From Diadema antillarum (Eukaryota), in NCBI RefSeq assembly GCF_040938485.1, contig NW_027271406.1, forward strand, positions 992,001 through 1,056,000: DNA of 64,000 nucleotides, in the 5' to 3' direction. The position numbers were made by a program, and so were the translations under genes. The notes beneath the pieces are model-generated. The model made no database searches. It was not told where the DNA came from and saw only the letters and a list, made by a program, of their open reading frames with translations. Shown in pieces: positions 13,759 to 25,241 of this stretch (positions are counted from its first letter, which is position 1; each line of letters begins with the position of its first letter).

Positions 13759-14492
13759 CTAAGCATGTGTGGGAGTAAACATACAAGACACGTTGAAGAC
13801 TAGTCTCGGTCAAATGTCTATGGGAAATGGGTTTTATAGCAAAATCAGCTCATCCTCAATGGGTTAATTTAATACCAGTAGTTAGACTGCACAGCAATTG
13901 GACTACATTTTATGTACACTAACTCACATGGAATGTGATTACCAGTAAGCAAGTTTGGTTTTGATAAAAGTAGCACATGGAAGAAAAGTCAACATATAGA
14001 TGCACAGTTTACAGCAATGGAGCCTGGAGTGCTCAGCCGCCTGCGTCACAAGGCAATCAGCCATTGACTATTGTAATCCTATGATTAACTAGCCCCTCAG
14101 GCACACCATCTCAAAATACCACTCACAACGTGAACAGAGAAGTCATTGTTGGTATCCAGAGATACTATATGACTGCATAAAATAACAGCCACTGGGACCA
14201 TGCCCAGTCACAGCTACAGATGCAAAGAGTTTAACACATATATGCATATATGTACAAACCGAGAAGGCACTTAATCTCATAAAAATGCCAACAGATCTGT
14301 CTGTGATAACCATCTGTCTGCAATCAAAACTTTTGCTTTTCCCCAAGATCCCAAAGGGCTGCTTCAGACAGCTTTACATTACCCTTAATATTCCACACAC
14401 AGAGAAAATAGAAAAAAAGGAACTTTTCATACAAGTAAAGGGTATAGAATTCTTGTCCCTCCTAGCCCCAGCTTTGCACAAGAGAAAACTAC

Positions 14493-14574
14493 CTTGCAGA
14501 GCTACAAGTGCCATATCAGGAAGTGGTTCAAAGGTAGCATCGTGGCCTTCTGCTCTGAAGGATTCCAGCCTAGA
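14493..14574 (-). CDS. AMT: AMT exon 4
   Basis: gacag|SRLESFRAEGHDATFEPLPDMALVALQ(G)|gtagtt; ALxALQG motif; phase 0 to 1. Confidence 0.92.
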
Positions 14575-15159
14575 CTGTCTTGGAGAAAGAAAATGAGTAG
14601 ATAAGGGATAGAGCAATGTTATTTACTTTGACCATGAATAGACCTCATGTTTCCCAAATTCTTTTCCATTAAAATATATCAAATGAGCTTTGAAGAACAA
14701 AATATTATATACAATGTATATTTGTAAAAGCATGATCCATTGGATTGTCTTTTGATGGTGAGGGGCTCATCTAGTTTACCATGTTCAGTATTGAAGATGA
14801 TGATGTAAAGTTTTACAGTCAAAAGCACTCCTCTGTCAATTCACCATGATACAAACTAGTCACGCATAATCAGTTTCTGCAGAAAATCAAGCTCAAGTGT
14901 GAACCTATAATAGCACACTTTCTATCTTATCTTCTGCACTTGTTAGCTGATTGTCAAGTCTGATCTAGCATATCACAATGTCATGCAATGCTTGATGGGG
15001 GGGGGGGGGGGTGCTTTGTTTAAACAGCGAACATTTTTCTGTTGATGGTCAGATGATCTGGAGGTGTAAGAGTTCAAACTTGTATCACACATATCAAGAT
15101 GTGAGCTGATAGTAAATCCTCAGTGGCTGTTGGAGACAAGGAAAAAAAAGTGAACACAC

Positions 15160-15320
15160 CCTGATATGTGCCTGGTCCTTGTCTGCACAGCCTGCATTGG
15201 ACACCACATACAGATGGTCTTCTGATGTCTGATTGATGATGAGGTCATCGATAATGCCACCCCGGTCATTGATCAAGAGACTCAGTGTACCTTTGTTTGG
15301 TGGCAGTCCCTCTATATCAG
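15160..15320 (-). CDS. AMT: AMT exon 3
   Basis: (A)[28 protein letters not shown]...[17 protein letters not shown]|gtgtgt; DDL and YVVSNA motifs; phase 1 to 0. Confidence 0.95.
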
Positions 15321-15762
15321 CTACAGGATTGTTGAGCAAAAACAAACAAGAAAAAGAATATTGAACAAAATAGAAATGCTCCAACAAAATGGATGTTTGC
15401 TGCCACAACAAATGACCATAGTTTCTCTTGGACAGCAATTTCAAATTGTAAATACAACAAAGCTAAGGGCCTATTACAGATTACCTAAGCAGCTGGTTTA
15501 GTGAGAAGGACATTGGAATACTTACTTATATAATTCATAAATCATATTTGAAAGACTTTGGTAATATGTTTTGAAGTTTTTAAAATTCACATAGCTCTAT
15601 TTGAAATGTACCTGGTACTGCATACACAGAAGACTGACCTTAATAACATCCTGAAGAATAAAATGTGAACAGATATGATTGATAAATGTAAACCTTTGCT
15701 GATATTCAACAGGCCTATGAAGTCACAGTCTTAGATATGTTTCCTTCATAATAATGAAAAAA

Positions 15763-15764
<2 letters not shown>

Positions 15765-15793
<29 letters not shown>
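15765..15793. repeat. (CA)n microsatellite
   Basis: Direct read; AMT intron 2. Confidence 0.9.
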
Positions 15794-15796
<3 letters not shown>

Positions 15797-15880
15797 TAAG
15801 ACTAAGGGTAATCCTGTAATCAAGCTATGAGATTTATCAAATTTTACAGAAAGTAATGGTGAAGTGATTAATGTACTGAC

Positions 15881-16100
15881 CAACTGTGAGTGATTCCATG
15901 AATTTGACCCTTTCCCTTCCATAGATCTTGCTTTGCAGCATGTGAGAGACATCAAAGATCGCAGCTGAAGATCGGCAGTGCAGATGTTCGCTGACAAGTC
16001 CTGCCTTGTACTGGACTGGCATCGAGTAGCCAGCAAATGGCACCATTTTAGCACCATGTTCAACATGGAAGTCATGCAGGACTGTTTTCTTAAGATCAGC
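15881..16100 (-). CDS. AMT: AMT exon 2
   Basis: tttacccag|ADLKKTVLHDFHVEHGAKMVPFAGYSMPVQY...IFDVSHMLQ...ESLTV|gtcagt; GcvT N-terminal motifs; phase 0 to 1. Confidence 0.95.
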
Positions 16101-16533
16101 CTGGGTAAAGGAAGAAATATCAATATTTCTGAGTTTATACCTTATAGAAATGAAGTATGGACCTACACTGTAAGGTATCAAAAACATGCAGATTATGGTA
16201 TCATGGGCATTCGTTGTACATTATATTTTTGTGACTTAATATACAAACACTGACACTGATACCTTGATAGTAATACCTTGATGCAGTAATCCCTTGAAGC
16301 AGCTCTTGCATGAAGCTATCTGGGATGAACTCAAGCTGTGTGTCGCGAGGGGGTGCCATTCAGGGTATGTACAAGTGTCTCACTATCATACTATAAAATG
16401 TGAGTATGAGTGCTCAGTGCGAGTAAAAACAGCGTCAATCCTCCTAACCTACATGGTCATTGATGGTATATAAGTGGCAGATCCAACAGGAGGCTGCATT
16501 GCTCCGAGGATGGGCAATAGCAGCTCTCTGACT

Positions 16534-17361
16534 GGCAATTGTGCACTTTACGGCCCTATATTATCGGTACCTCATTCGCCGTGTGCTAAGGTGATATCCC
16601 ATAAACCATTCCGTACTGAGCAGCTGGCGAGCTTCTCTTGCTGTATGGAACGCTGTTTGACAAGTGATAAGGTCACTAAAAGCCCGCCTCACTCACGGCG
16701 CTTCTACAGAGCTAGCTGATCGCGCAAACCAACCACGCAGGCGAGGCTTGCGCTAAAAAAATTGTGTGTGTGTGTGTGTGTGTCCATGTAGTGGCTGCCC
16801 GTAAATCGGTAGCTATACACACTTCGCATGGCGTCTGGTAGACTGTGTAGACAAAATAAACACTAACAGACTGATGAATCGAGATAAGATTTTGTGTTTT
16901 TTTATCATTATTTTACAGAATAATTCCGCCAAGGCCGCAGCGGACATATGCCCTCCGCAATAGGTTTAATTAGTGATACCCTGCTTAATATATCACGCAA
17001 AATTCATTCATTTAAAATCATGATTGAAGCCCAGAAGTTTACCACTCGTTGCGTTCCAGTTGTGTGCCAATCAATGCACAACTCGCGCTCGATGATGCCG
17101 CGCCGCACAGGCAGCAGGGAAGGGCATTAGAGCAACCATGTGGCGTACCCGTAAGAGCTTTCATCACGCACACGCATGTTGACACATTCACACACACTGC
17201 ATGCATCCCAACACGAAATCTCACACACATGTACACATGAACAGTGCCGGAAGATCCGCTGTCGAACCGCGGTGCCTGATAGGAACTCAAATCTGCACGC
17301 ACTGCTCGATTAGGGTAAAATCTCGCACCGATAATATAGGGCCGTAAAGTGCACAATTGCC
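16534..17361. mobile_element. 828-bp non-autonomous DNA transposon in AMT intron 1 (GG-terminal, 8-bp TSD)
   Basis: Perfect 35-bp TIRs GGCAATTGTGCACTTTACGGCCCTATATTATCGGT at 16534-16568 and 17327-17361; flanks CTCTGACT / CTTTGACT. Confidence 0.85.
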
Positions 17362-17832
17362 CTTTGACTTTGGAATAATGTTGGGTCGGCAGTGGTTACT
17401 ACTGCTGGTCCCGGTAGGGGATTCCATAGTCTTATGGCTCTTGGGTAGAATGAATGAATACATATGGGAGTCAATTGGATACACTTTCAGATAAATTTAG
17501 ATAAATTTTAGATAAATTTTACACTTTATTAAAGTTTCAGTCAGATAAAATAGATAATTTACACTTTGGCAATTGACTTTGTTTTATATGCTTTATTCAG
17601 TGAGATTTAATTTCATTTAATGATGAAACAAGCAAAATATGTAATGTTTCGACCCATACGGGTGAACGGCGGTGTAACGTTAACGATAATCGTATTTAGA
17701 TACAAATCTAAAATTTGCGTGTAGACTTTATCGCACTCGCACTCTACTGTCTACATGCGAGTTACGACTGACATTGAAATCAAGGTGTGGGACTGACTTT
17801 GCCAGATTGCGTATGATTTTAAGTCCGCTTAC

Positions 17833-17922
17833 CTCGCTGCTCACATTCCGAATAACTGACTTCGCACTTCGAATTCTTGATAAGATACGGATGGGGGTAC
17901 TTACTCCTCGAAGAACTATCAT
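17833..17922 (-). CDS. AMT: Aminomethyltransferase (glycine cleavage T protein), exon 1 of 8; mitochondrial presequence
   Basis: MIVLRGVSTPIRILSRIRSAKSVIRNVSSE: Arg/Ser-rich, acid-free until the last residue, 30 codons. Ends GAG|gtaagc in phase 0, matching the phase-0 start of exon 2. The 8-exon model sums to 1221 nt = 406 aa + stop. Confidence 0.82.
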
Positions 17923-18171
17923 GATTAAATTAAACAGATAAACGAGAAATTATGTTCAGCTCTGTTGTGGATCGGCCAACCATTACCAGCCAGTAACGCG
18001 GAAAAAGTGTGTTGACCTCAGGATTACGCATGTGGATTTGGGATGTGGAGCAAAAAGCTAAGCGAAGGAAAGTGCGCGCGGCCAGGCCAGGTGGTAGGAT
18101 CCTCACGCTCTGAGCAGGGTAGTCTGTAAACATCAAAGAGCGTACTCCCCTAGATGTATTCCTATGTGTAC

Positions 18172-18175
<4 letters not shown>

Positions 18176-18219
<44 letters not shown>
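18176..18219. repeat. poly(A) tract, 44 nt
   Basis: Direct read; upstream of the AMT start. Confidence 0.9.
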
Positions 18220-18221
<2 letters not shown>

Positions 18222-18593
18222 GGGGGAGGGGGGATGGAGTGAACCCCCCACCCCTACCCCTGGTTTCGGGCCTGCAATGGCATAGAAGGAAAGAATAAGC
18301 AAATTTGATGTCTAAAATGGATCACACCTGTGATGAAAGATCTAGATCCTATAGGATTGATTCAGTGTTTTTTTGGGGTTTTTTTTGTTCAGTTTAATAC
18401 AATCACATGAACATATGATACCTGATGAAATAGTTCTTATATGTCACCATGGGTAGACATGCTGTTATTATCTATATTGTCAATCAAGAAATCAAGACAG
18501 TGAAATAAGAAAAATAAAGAGACATCATTTTAATATTGCTCATGTCTACGAACCAAAAAAAAACCCCCAAATATATATTCTTGCGGTCGGCTA

Positions 18594-18607
18594 CACGTCA
18601 CTTCCGG
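18594..18607 (-). promoter_or_regulatory. Overlapping ETS/CRE motif upstream of AMT
   Basis: Minus strand CCGGAAGTGACGTG, about 670 bp upstream of the AMT ATG, beside a CpG-rich 5' region. Confidence 0.5.
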
Positions 18608-19244
18608 TTGACTGGAGTGAAAACAAACAGCTTGCACGCGCTAAGCCTGCATATGCTATGCATAATGCGCATACTGCATGCTGTGCCTGCATGTGCGACG
18701 CGTTTTATGTGCAACTCTACGCAGACATGGGGACTGTTTTTCATTACTAGTATTCATTTTGTCATTTATTCATGAGATACATACATCATGTCTTGCCAGC
18801 AATATTCTAAAAATCTGGATCCTGTCGATCGATCGGTCGGATCCCGGTATTTTGCCCAAGTTGAAGGCAGCCGGACTGGACCTGTGCCCGTATGAAATCG
18901 CGGCAGGACTCTGGATCAACGACCCGAAAATGGCCAGATGTGCTGTAGAACCTCATTGAGTAGGCCCTACCCCGATATCTACGTTTACTTAGTACCTCAT
19001 AGAAACTTCAGGTAGGTCTATATGCCTATATAACGTTAGTACTGTAGTAGGCTTAAGGTAGGGCCTAATTTAGGGTAGGCCTAGTCTAGGGCCTAATCCT
19101 GCTGCCCGCACAGCTACAGTAGTACAGCTTGTGCTCGCGGGGCGCCCCGGCAGAAAACACGCACAGCGTTACCACTCCAGGCTCACGCGACTGTTTGTTT
19201 TCACTCCACCGCTATCCATGACCCCGTGACACGCAAAATACCCG

Positions 19245-19456
19245 NNNNNNNNNNNNNNNNNNNNNNNNNNNNNNNNNNNNNNNNNNNNNNNNNNNNNNNN
19301 NNNNNNNNNNNNNNNNNNNNNNNNNNNNNNNNNNNNNNNNNNNNNNNNNNNNNNNNNNNNNNNNNNNNNNNNNNNNNNNNNNNNNNNNNNNNNNNNNNNN
19401 NNNNNNNNNNNNNNNNNNNNNNNNNNNNNNNNNNNNNNNNNNNNNNNNNNNNNNNN
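19245..19456. other. Assembly gap (212 N)
   Basis: Run of N. Confidence 0.99.
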
Positions 19457-20780
19457 TCCAGATATAGCCTATGTCCATCTATCAACTCCTGAAAAAAAGT
19501 GATCAAATAGGCATAATCTTTGTGGGTTTGCCTTATGCTCAGAATAACAAGAAGTAATTTCACCATAATGGACAAAATAACTAATATATATGAATATATT
19601 CATGTTAATATGATTGGATATTTTGATGATGTATATAGGCCTACTGTAGCTAGCATACCTCTTCCCATCTTGCAGAATCATATCAGTGATGGATTATAAT
19701 TTGTCTTTAATTCTTTCCCCTTTCAAAATATCACACTACTGTGAATGATATGTACACCTTAAAACTATGTAGTCCACAAATTTCATATACTTCTGATGCC
19801 ACAAAGTACATGTACTACATATTAAATTTTGGAATTCAAGAATGGGTATCAAACATCCAAAAGTCGCTATATGTATCTTAGCTGGTTGCAGAAAGACACA
19901 CCTGATCATTTCATCTATGGGCGTTTACAATTATTATGCATGGAGTGTCATTGTAACTAACAGCTTGGTTTCTATCAAATACATGATCTACGTATTTCAC
20001 ATTCTTCTTGACATTGTTGATTATACATATATATATGCTTGTCTCTCCCTTCTCCCCAACTACCCCCCCCCATCTCTCTCTCTTTCTGTACTTCATTCAA
20101 TGTTTCTTTCTTCCATCCCTTTTTTTTGTCAAGTTCTACCAAAACCATGTTTATCATATTGTCTTATCTCTCATTTCATTTTTGCTCCCTTGCATGTCTT
20201 CTTCATCTCTCTTTCCCTTTCTCTGACACAGAAACACACATCAACATGCATTATACAGCTGCATAATTAAAGCTTTTATGCTACATTGTAAATGGATTTC
20301 TAACCATGCTGATACATTATACACTTTCATTTATATATATATCACACAAGTATTAGCGATGTACAATATCAAATGAAAACTTGAAATGTATCACTTTAGA
20401 CAGAATATAGACAGAAAAACACAATAGCAAAGATAATTTTCACATTAGTTAAACTTTATTCTACATTTGCATCAAACATTGATACTCTTCACGATGTACA
20501 ACAACAACGATCCATTCAGGAGCCTGTCATTTCAAATTATTTTGCATACAACTGATGTCCACCAGAAATATTATTCACCTTCCCATCCTCTCCTGGATAT
20601 GTGGCATCAAATGGACATTTTGACATTGTTGTTTTGCTTTCAATGTGCCTCCTCTATCTCCTTCTTTTACTTCACATACAATATTTCAAGGTCTCATTTA
20701 GAACATAAATCATCTGCATGATCACTGCAAAATTAAAAGACCCTGTCAAGACTCATTATAAAATGGGTTCAAGAATGTAG

Positions 20781-20882
20781 CCAATTGGAAGCGCTGAAAT
20801 GAGTCACGTGTGCGTGCATTATTTTCTTCAGGTAAGCACTAAGAAGAGTCTCTCTTCCACCTCCCTGGCCTGACGTACGTCA
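20781..20882. promoter_or_regulatory. Promoter-like motif cluster in a CpG-rich patch
   Basis: CCAAT 20781, TGAGTCA 20800-20806, CACGTG 20805-20810, perfect palindrome TGACGTACGTCA 20871-20882. Confidence 0.35.
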
Positions 20883-21224
20883 CAATGTTTTACACTAGCA
20901 GTGCGCACTCAATCAGTTGTTACAAGTGCGTCACGCGCTACTATACACGCTGTCAATCCTGTAAACAACTTCTAGTTCGGGCCGCGGGCTGCCACAACAG
21001 CCGGCGGCCTTTCTTGTGCATAACAGTACGTGGCGTACGTATACTCTTATACGTACGTACAGTACTAGGTGAGTGTGCGGGATTTCCGAATGCGACGTGC
21101 GTAAATGTTTGGGACGAACATCTTCGGACATCTTGACTTTTGAGCGAGTGCTACATGTAGCTGACTGGTATTGACCCACAAAGGTACGTGAATAATGCTG
21201 TTAGTTTTCGACCCATTTTATAAA

Positions 21225-21397
21225 ACTAATGATGCACAGGATTATTTCGTGGCGTTAGTGAAGGTGCGGCTCACTCTCGAGTATTGACAACGGTTGCAAA
21301 CATGCACTCGGCTGCGCCTCGTGCATGTCGCACCATTGTCAATACTCTCGAGCGCGCCGCACCTTCACTAACACACTCTATCCTGTGCATCATTAGT
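21225..21397. mobile_element. 173-bp foldback (palindromic MITE)
   Basis: Arms ACTAATGATGCACAGGAT..GTTAGTGAAGGTGCGGC..GAGTATTGACAA..ACATGCAC pair around the loop TCGGCTGCGCCTC. Confidence 0.75.
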
Positions 21398-21880
21398 ATA
21401 TTATTGCATACATATTTATACAGAATCATATCTTAGGAGATTATATATCACAAGTTTGCGATCTTACAACTTTCATTTGTAGAGGGAGACAAATTGAAGA
21501 AAATTCACACCTCGACCGTCACCTCTCTGCTTAATATTCTCTTGCTACACTGAATCACAGGGGCAGACATGTTTCATAAATCAGTTACGTATATTATCAA
21601 AAAGCCTTGATGGTGACTATAAACATGCATTAGACAGCAAATTCCTTCAAATAGAGCTACCAGTACTCAATGTCAATAAAGGTAAAAGTGAAAAAAAAAA
21701 ACTATTGTTGAAAATAATTGTCTTACATTCAACAGTGGAAAACAAATTATCATGCATTAAAAATAAGTAAGAACACAATGTACAACACATTCCACTATCA
21801 ATTTGCACAGTATAATTTGCCCCTCCCAAAGGCCTTCCGTGGAATATGACATCATAGACCACAAGGCTCCTTCATCTGAA

Positions 21881-22069
21881 CTATCTGTCAGGCACTTTAC
21901 AGTTTGCCTCTTCACACTGCCGTCCTGTTAGTCTGAGGCGGTTGCGGGCAAACCACATGTAGCCGCGGTCAAAGATCCCAGAGAGCAGTGGCCACTTCAT
22001 GAACCCGGTCATCCAGCCCCAGCCCAATGCTCTGTACATGGCGTCCACTGCATCAATTCTGGTGTGAAT
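21881..22069 (-). CDS. DCC1-like oxidoreductase exon 3 (terminal)
   Basis: ctacag|IHTRIDAVDAMYRALGWGWMTGFMKWPLLSGIFDRGYMWFARNRLRLTGR...*; DxxYxWFARNR C-terminal DUF393 motif. Confidence 0.93.
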   Translation of the reverse strand: MHTRIDAVDAMYRALGWGWMTGFMKWPLLSGIFDRGYMWFARNRLRLTGRQCEEANCKVPDR

Positions 22070-23003
22070 CTGTAGAGAGAAGTTAGGACATTCAGTCAAG
22101 AAAGACATATTAAAACAAAATTCATGAAGTCATATGGAACTTCTGATCTTAACAAAGATGACTGCAAATTAACTTTTCTCCTTCTCATTATTTTGATGAT
22201 ATTGCTTCAGATTGTTTTCCTTGACAAAAACCAAAGCAAAGCAAAACAAAACTTTGATTTGCTGCTGGTGGAAAAATGAAACCAAAATTCTCATTTCCAC
22301 TTGCTATAAAAAGTGGAAACGAAGCATATACAACTTTCATTAGATATGCTCAAGTTTCCAATCCATACAGAGTTTTTTTCTAACTCTTTTAGTCCAATGA
22401 CATTTTTATTCATAAGTGACTTGTCTAGTAATTCCATGGGCTTTCCTGTTTCAGCTGTGGCTCTAAACATTTTACTTAATATGCTGGGTCTCATAGGTGG
22501 GTGTATTAAGAACGTATATTATATTTCAACATACGCTGTACCATAGGACTACATGTTTATCAATTGTTATACTATGTACAGTATTACATACAAAGTACCA
22601 CCCCTCTATTCTGCAGGTCTACTAACTAATAAACTGTATCTATGTTTTCAATACTTAAATTCTTATAATCTTCACAAACACTATTCATTATCATTACTAT
22701 CTTACATTTATCAATTTCTCAACCTTTAAATTTCTAGATAGGTGATTCATCAATCAATTTTGCAAAATCATTTGTTGTGACCTGCAACATAGGTGCAGTT
22801 AATGTGATCCATATGTAATTATCATGATGATTAACTTACATTACAATTATTACAATTATTCATTATTTGTTACGCATAAAATGACTAACCTCACATTCAC
22901 TATTATCAAAAGGCATTATTAGAATGATTATCATCACTATTATAATCATTATCATCATCATCACCACCACCATCATCATCACCATCTGTCATACATGAAC
23001 CAG

Positions 23004-23160
23004 GGTCCCATTTCATAAAAAGTTGATATGATAGCAACTCTTGCTGGAATGGCAATTGTCATGATAATGACAAGAATCCAGCTTCCTGATTGGCTGTTGC
23101 TATGAGAAAATGCCATTCTAGCAAGAGTTGCTATCCTAACATCTTTTATGAAATGGGGCC
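23004..23160. mobile_element. PIF/Harbinger-like MITE, copy 1 (DCC1-like intron 2)
   Basis: CAG|GGTCCCATTTCATAAAA ... TTTTATGAAATGGGGCC|CTG; homologous to 58960-59103. Confidence 0.75.
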
Positions 23161-23199
23161 CTGAAGTGTAGGCTTGAGGTGATGGCTTCAACTTCTTAC

Positions 23200-23385
23200 C
23201 ACATTATCTGGACCAATCACATGCATGATACCCATTGCCTCATCCAGGGGGATGTTGTTGTGCTCTTGCTGGTTGTATCCTGGCTTGGAGATGTCCACAA
23301 AGTGGAGGACATCTTTCTCTCTGTTCAGATACCGGACAAACTTGATCTCTTGGATGCAGAGAGGACAGTCGCCATCATATAAGAT
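23200..23385 (-). CDS. DCC1-like oxidoreductase exon 2 (DxxCxxC active site)
   Basis: cag|ILYDGDCPLCIQEIKFVRYLNREKDVLHFVDISKPGY...AMGIMHVIGPDNV|gtaaga; YDGDCPLC is the DUF393 hallmark. Confidence 0.93.
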
Positions 23386-24503
23386 CTGACAATAAAAAAA
23401 CAGACAACAATAACACTTCAGCACGATATTGACAATATCATCTATAGCTGCCTCACATTTATGGATCACCCATTTTGTGGAATTTCTTTTTACACAAGGA
23501 AAATATGTAGTGCATACATGGTGTGTGTATATAAGGTGTACTTCATCTTAACACTGCATCTGTTCAATGTTCTGCATGGTATTCTTTAATAGAATGATAT
23601 TCACGCATTGAAGGTACTTTAGTGTCTGTTAAAATGAACAAAAAAATTCACCTTTCCACTGGCAATATAATACATGAATGATGCTATGGCGTATTTTATT
23701 ACTACAACAGCTAGTGTAAATGTGCATAACATAACTTGGGTAAAAGAAAATAATACAAACTCAAATAAAAAAATATATAAATCACAATGCCTTTCACTTG
23801 GCCATTAATTTGTATTACTTTAAAATTCACAGACAGTGAATTTTAGATTTTTTTTTTTAGCCTCAGAAGAGCAGGCAATGTAGTTTATAGCACATATACA
23901 ATTAAATGCATGAGTTGTAATTATTTCAATGTTTTAAGAAATTATAGTATTTTCTATGTTGTTCTTCATATTAAGGCCACCAGATTTCATTGTTGGACAC
24001 AAAAAAAAAATTCAAATTTGATGATTTTGATGACCTGAACAGGCTATCCCCCTCCCCCCCCCCCCCCAAAAAAAGTATCATGTACAATAAGCGGCCCAGT
24101 ATAGAAGAGATCGAGAGAAATATACTGTAGATATCAATGGGGATTTGTTATAGAGATTGATGGGAATTTTTGTGTGCAATTTAACAGTCCATGAAGACTA
24201 AAAGTTGCATGAGTATAAGATTTAATTGTCTTGCCTCCATATTAAACATTGAGTTATAAGTTATCGCAGTATCCATATGATTAATTTAATTCAATGTTCT
24301 ATCATACATAGTCTATATAGATCTATACAGTCAATAGGCCTGTCATCAACCAGTCAGCATGCATCATAAAATCTTTTATGTCAAATACTGCTAATTGTGC
24401 ATTCATTGGTGAGTAAAGCAATTACTAAGGTAATGACACTTGATACGTATATGGGGCAAAAGCTGGTCTTTTCACACAACATGTTCACAATCTACATACA
24501 TAC

Positions 24504-24704
24504 CTTGGTTTTGCCTGTCTTGTTTGCACCATCACTCGCTGCACTGGACGATGCGTCGACCGAGTCTCTCCCGCTGCTGGCTGTCCGTTCGGTACTCGTT
24601 GAAGCGAGGTATCTCCTGCAAAGACTGCTACCAACCGAGCGCGATTCGTTCGTGGTTCTTGAATGCAATGTTGACCAAACCAATCTCCGTGAAATCGAAT
24701 TCAT
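24504..24704 (-). CDS. DCC1-like (DUF393) thiol-disulfide oxidoreductase, exon 1 of 3; mitochondrial-type presequence
   Basis: accATG with an in-frame TGA upstream. MNSISRRLVWSTLHSRTTNESRSVGSSLCRRYLAST...KTK|gtatgt; phase 0. Confidence 0.82.
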
Positions 24705-25241
24705 GGTCGAATCCTCTTTCCTTCAAGGAAACTGCAAAATATCAAAATCTGAACTAAGTGTACAGTACCGCTGTCATGTCGTAGTCCCTGTTGAGATCGA
24801 TCGATGGCTCGTGTCTATCTTGGGCTTTTCACGCTGTACGAAACGTGTACGGAAAACAAAAGTTATGCAATGCATAAAAAAAAATAGTCTAGATTCCAGG
24901 CATGTCTTTTTAATTGTCTACTAAGCCCCGTGGGTCAGGACAAATTTGCAATGAAATTCCGTTACAAGTCATTAATACATGGGTCAAAGCTCCGAAATCT
25001 ACTCTCCAAATGACAAGCTGAAATGACAAACCTTTGCATTGCAGTAATTCTTTTAGACTACAATTTTCTTGTAGGCCTACATTAAAATAGTAATTTGCAG
25101 TGTAGGGCTGAAACTAAGATAGCAATTTGCTATGTGGAGGCTGAAAAAGAAGTTATCCGATTGCGGAACTGCAGGAAAATTTTGCTCTTCCCTCGACACA
25201 TTTTTGTTGAACACGATGCTTATACTTATTGCTGCCATTAA

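Noticed and set aside
17640-18219. Retroposed element ending in the 44-nt poly(A)
   Set aside because: The CpG-rich segment is explained by AMT exon 1 and its 5' region on the opposite strand; no TSD found.
19201-19575. ORFs spanning the N gap
   Set aside because: Artefacts of translating through unknown bases.
20959-21021. Minus-strand MHKKGRRLLWQPAARTRSCLQ as AMT presequence exon
   Set aside because: It is followed by GATTGA rather than a GT donor. A better 30-codon presequence with GTAAGC exists at 17833-17922.
24397-24924. 175-aa plus-strand ORF (longest in the track)
   Set aside because: Antisense shadow of DCC1-like exon 1 in GC-rich DNA; no recognisable domain.
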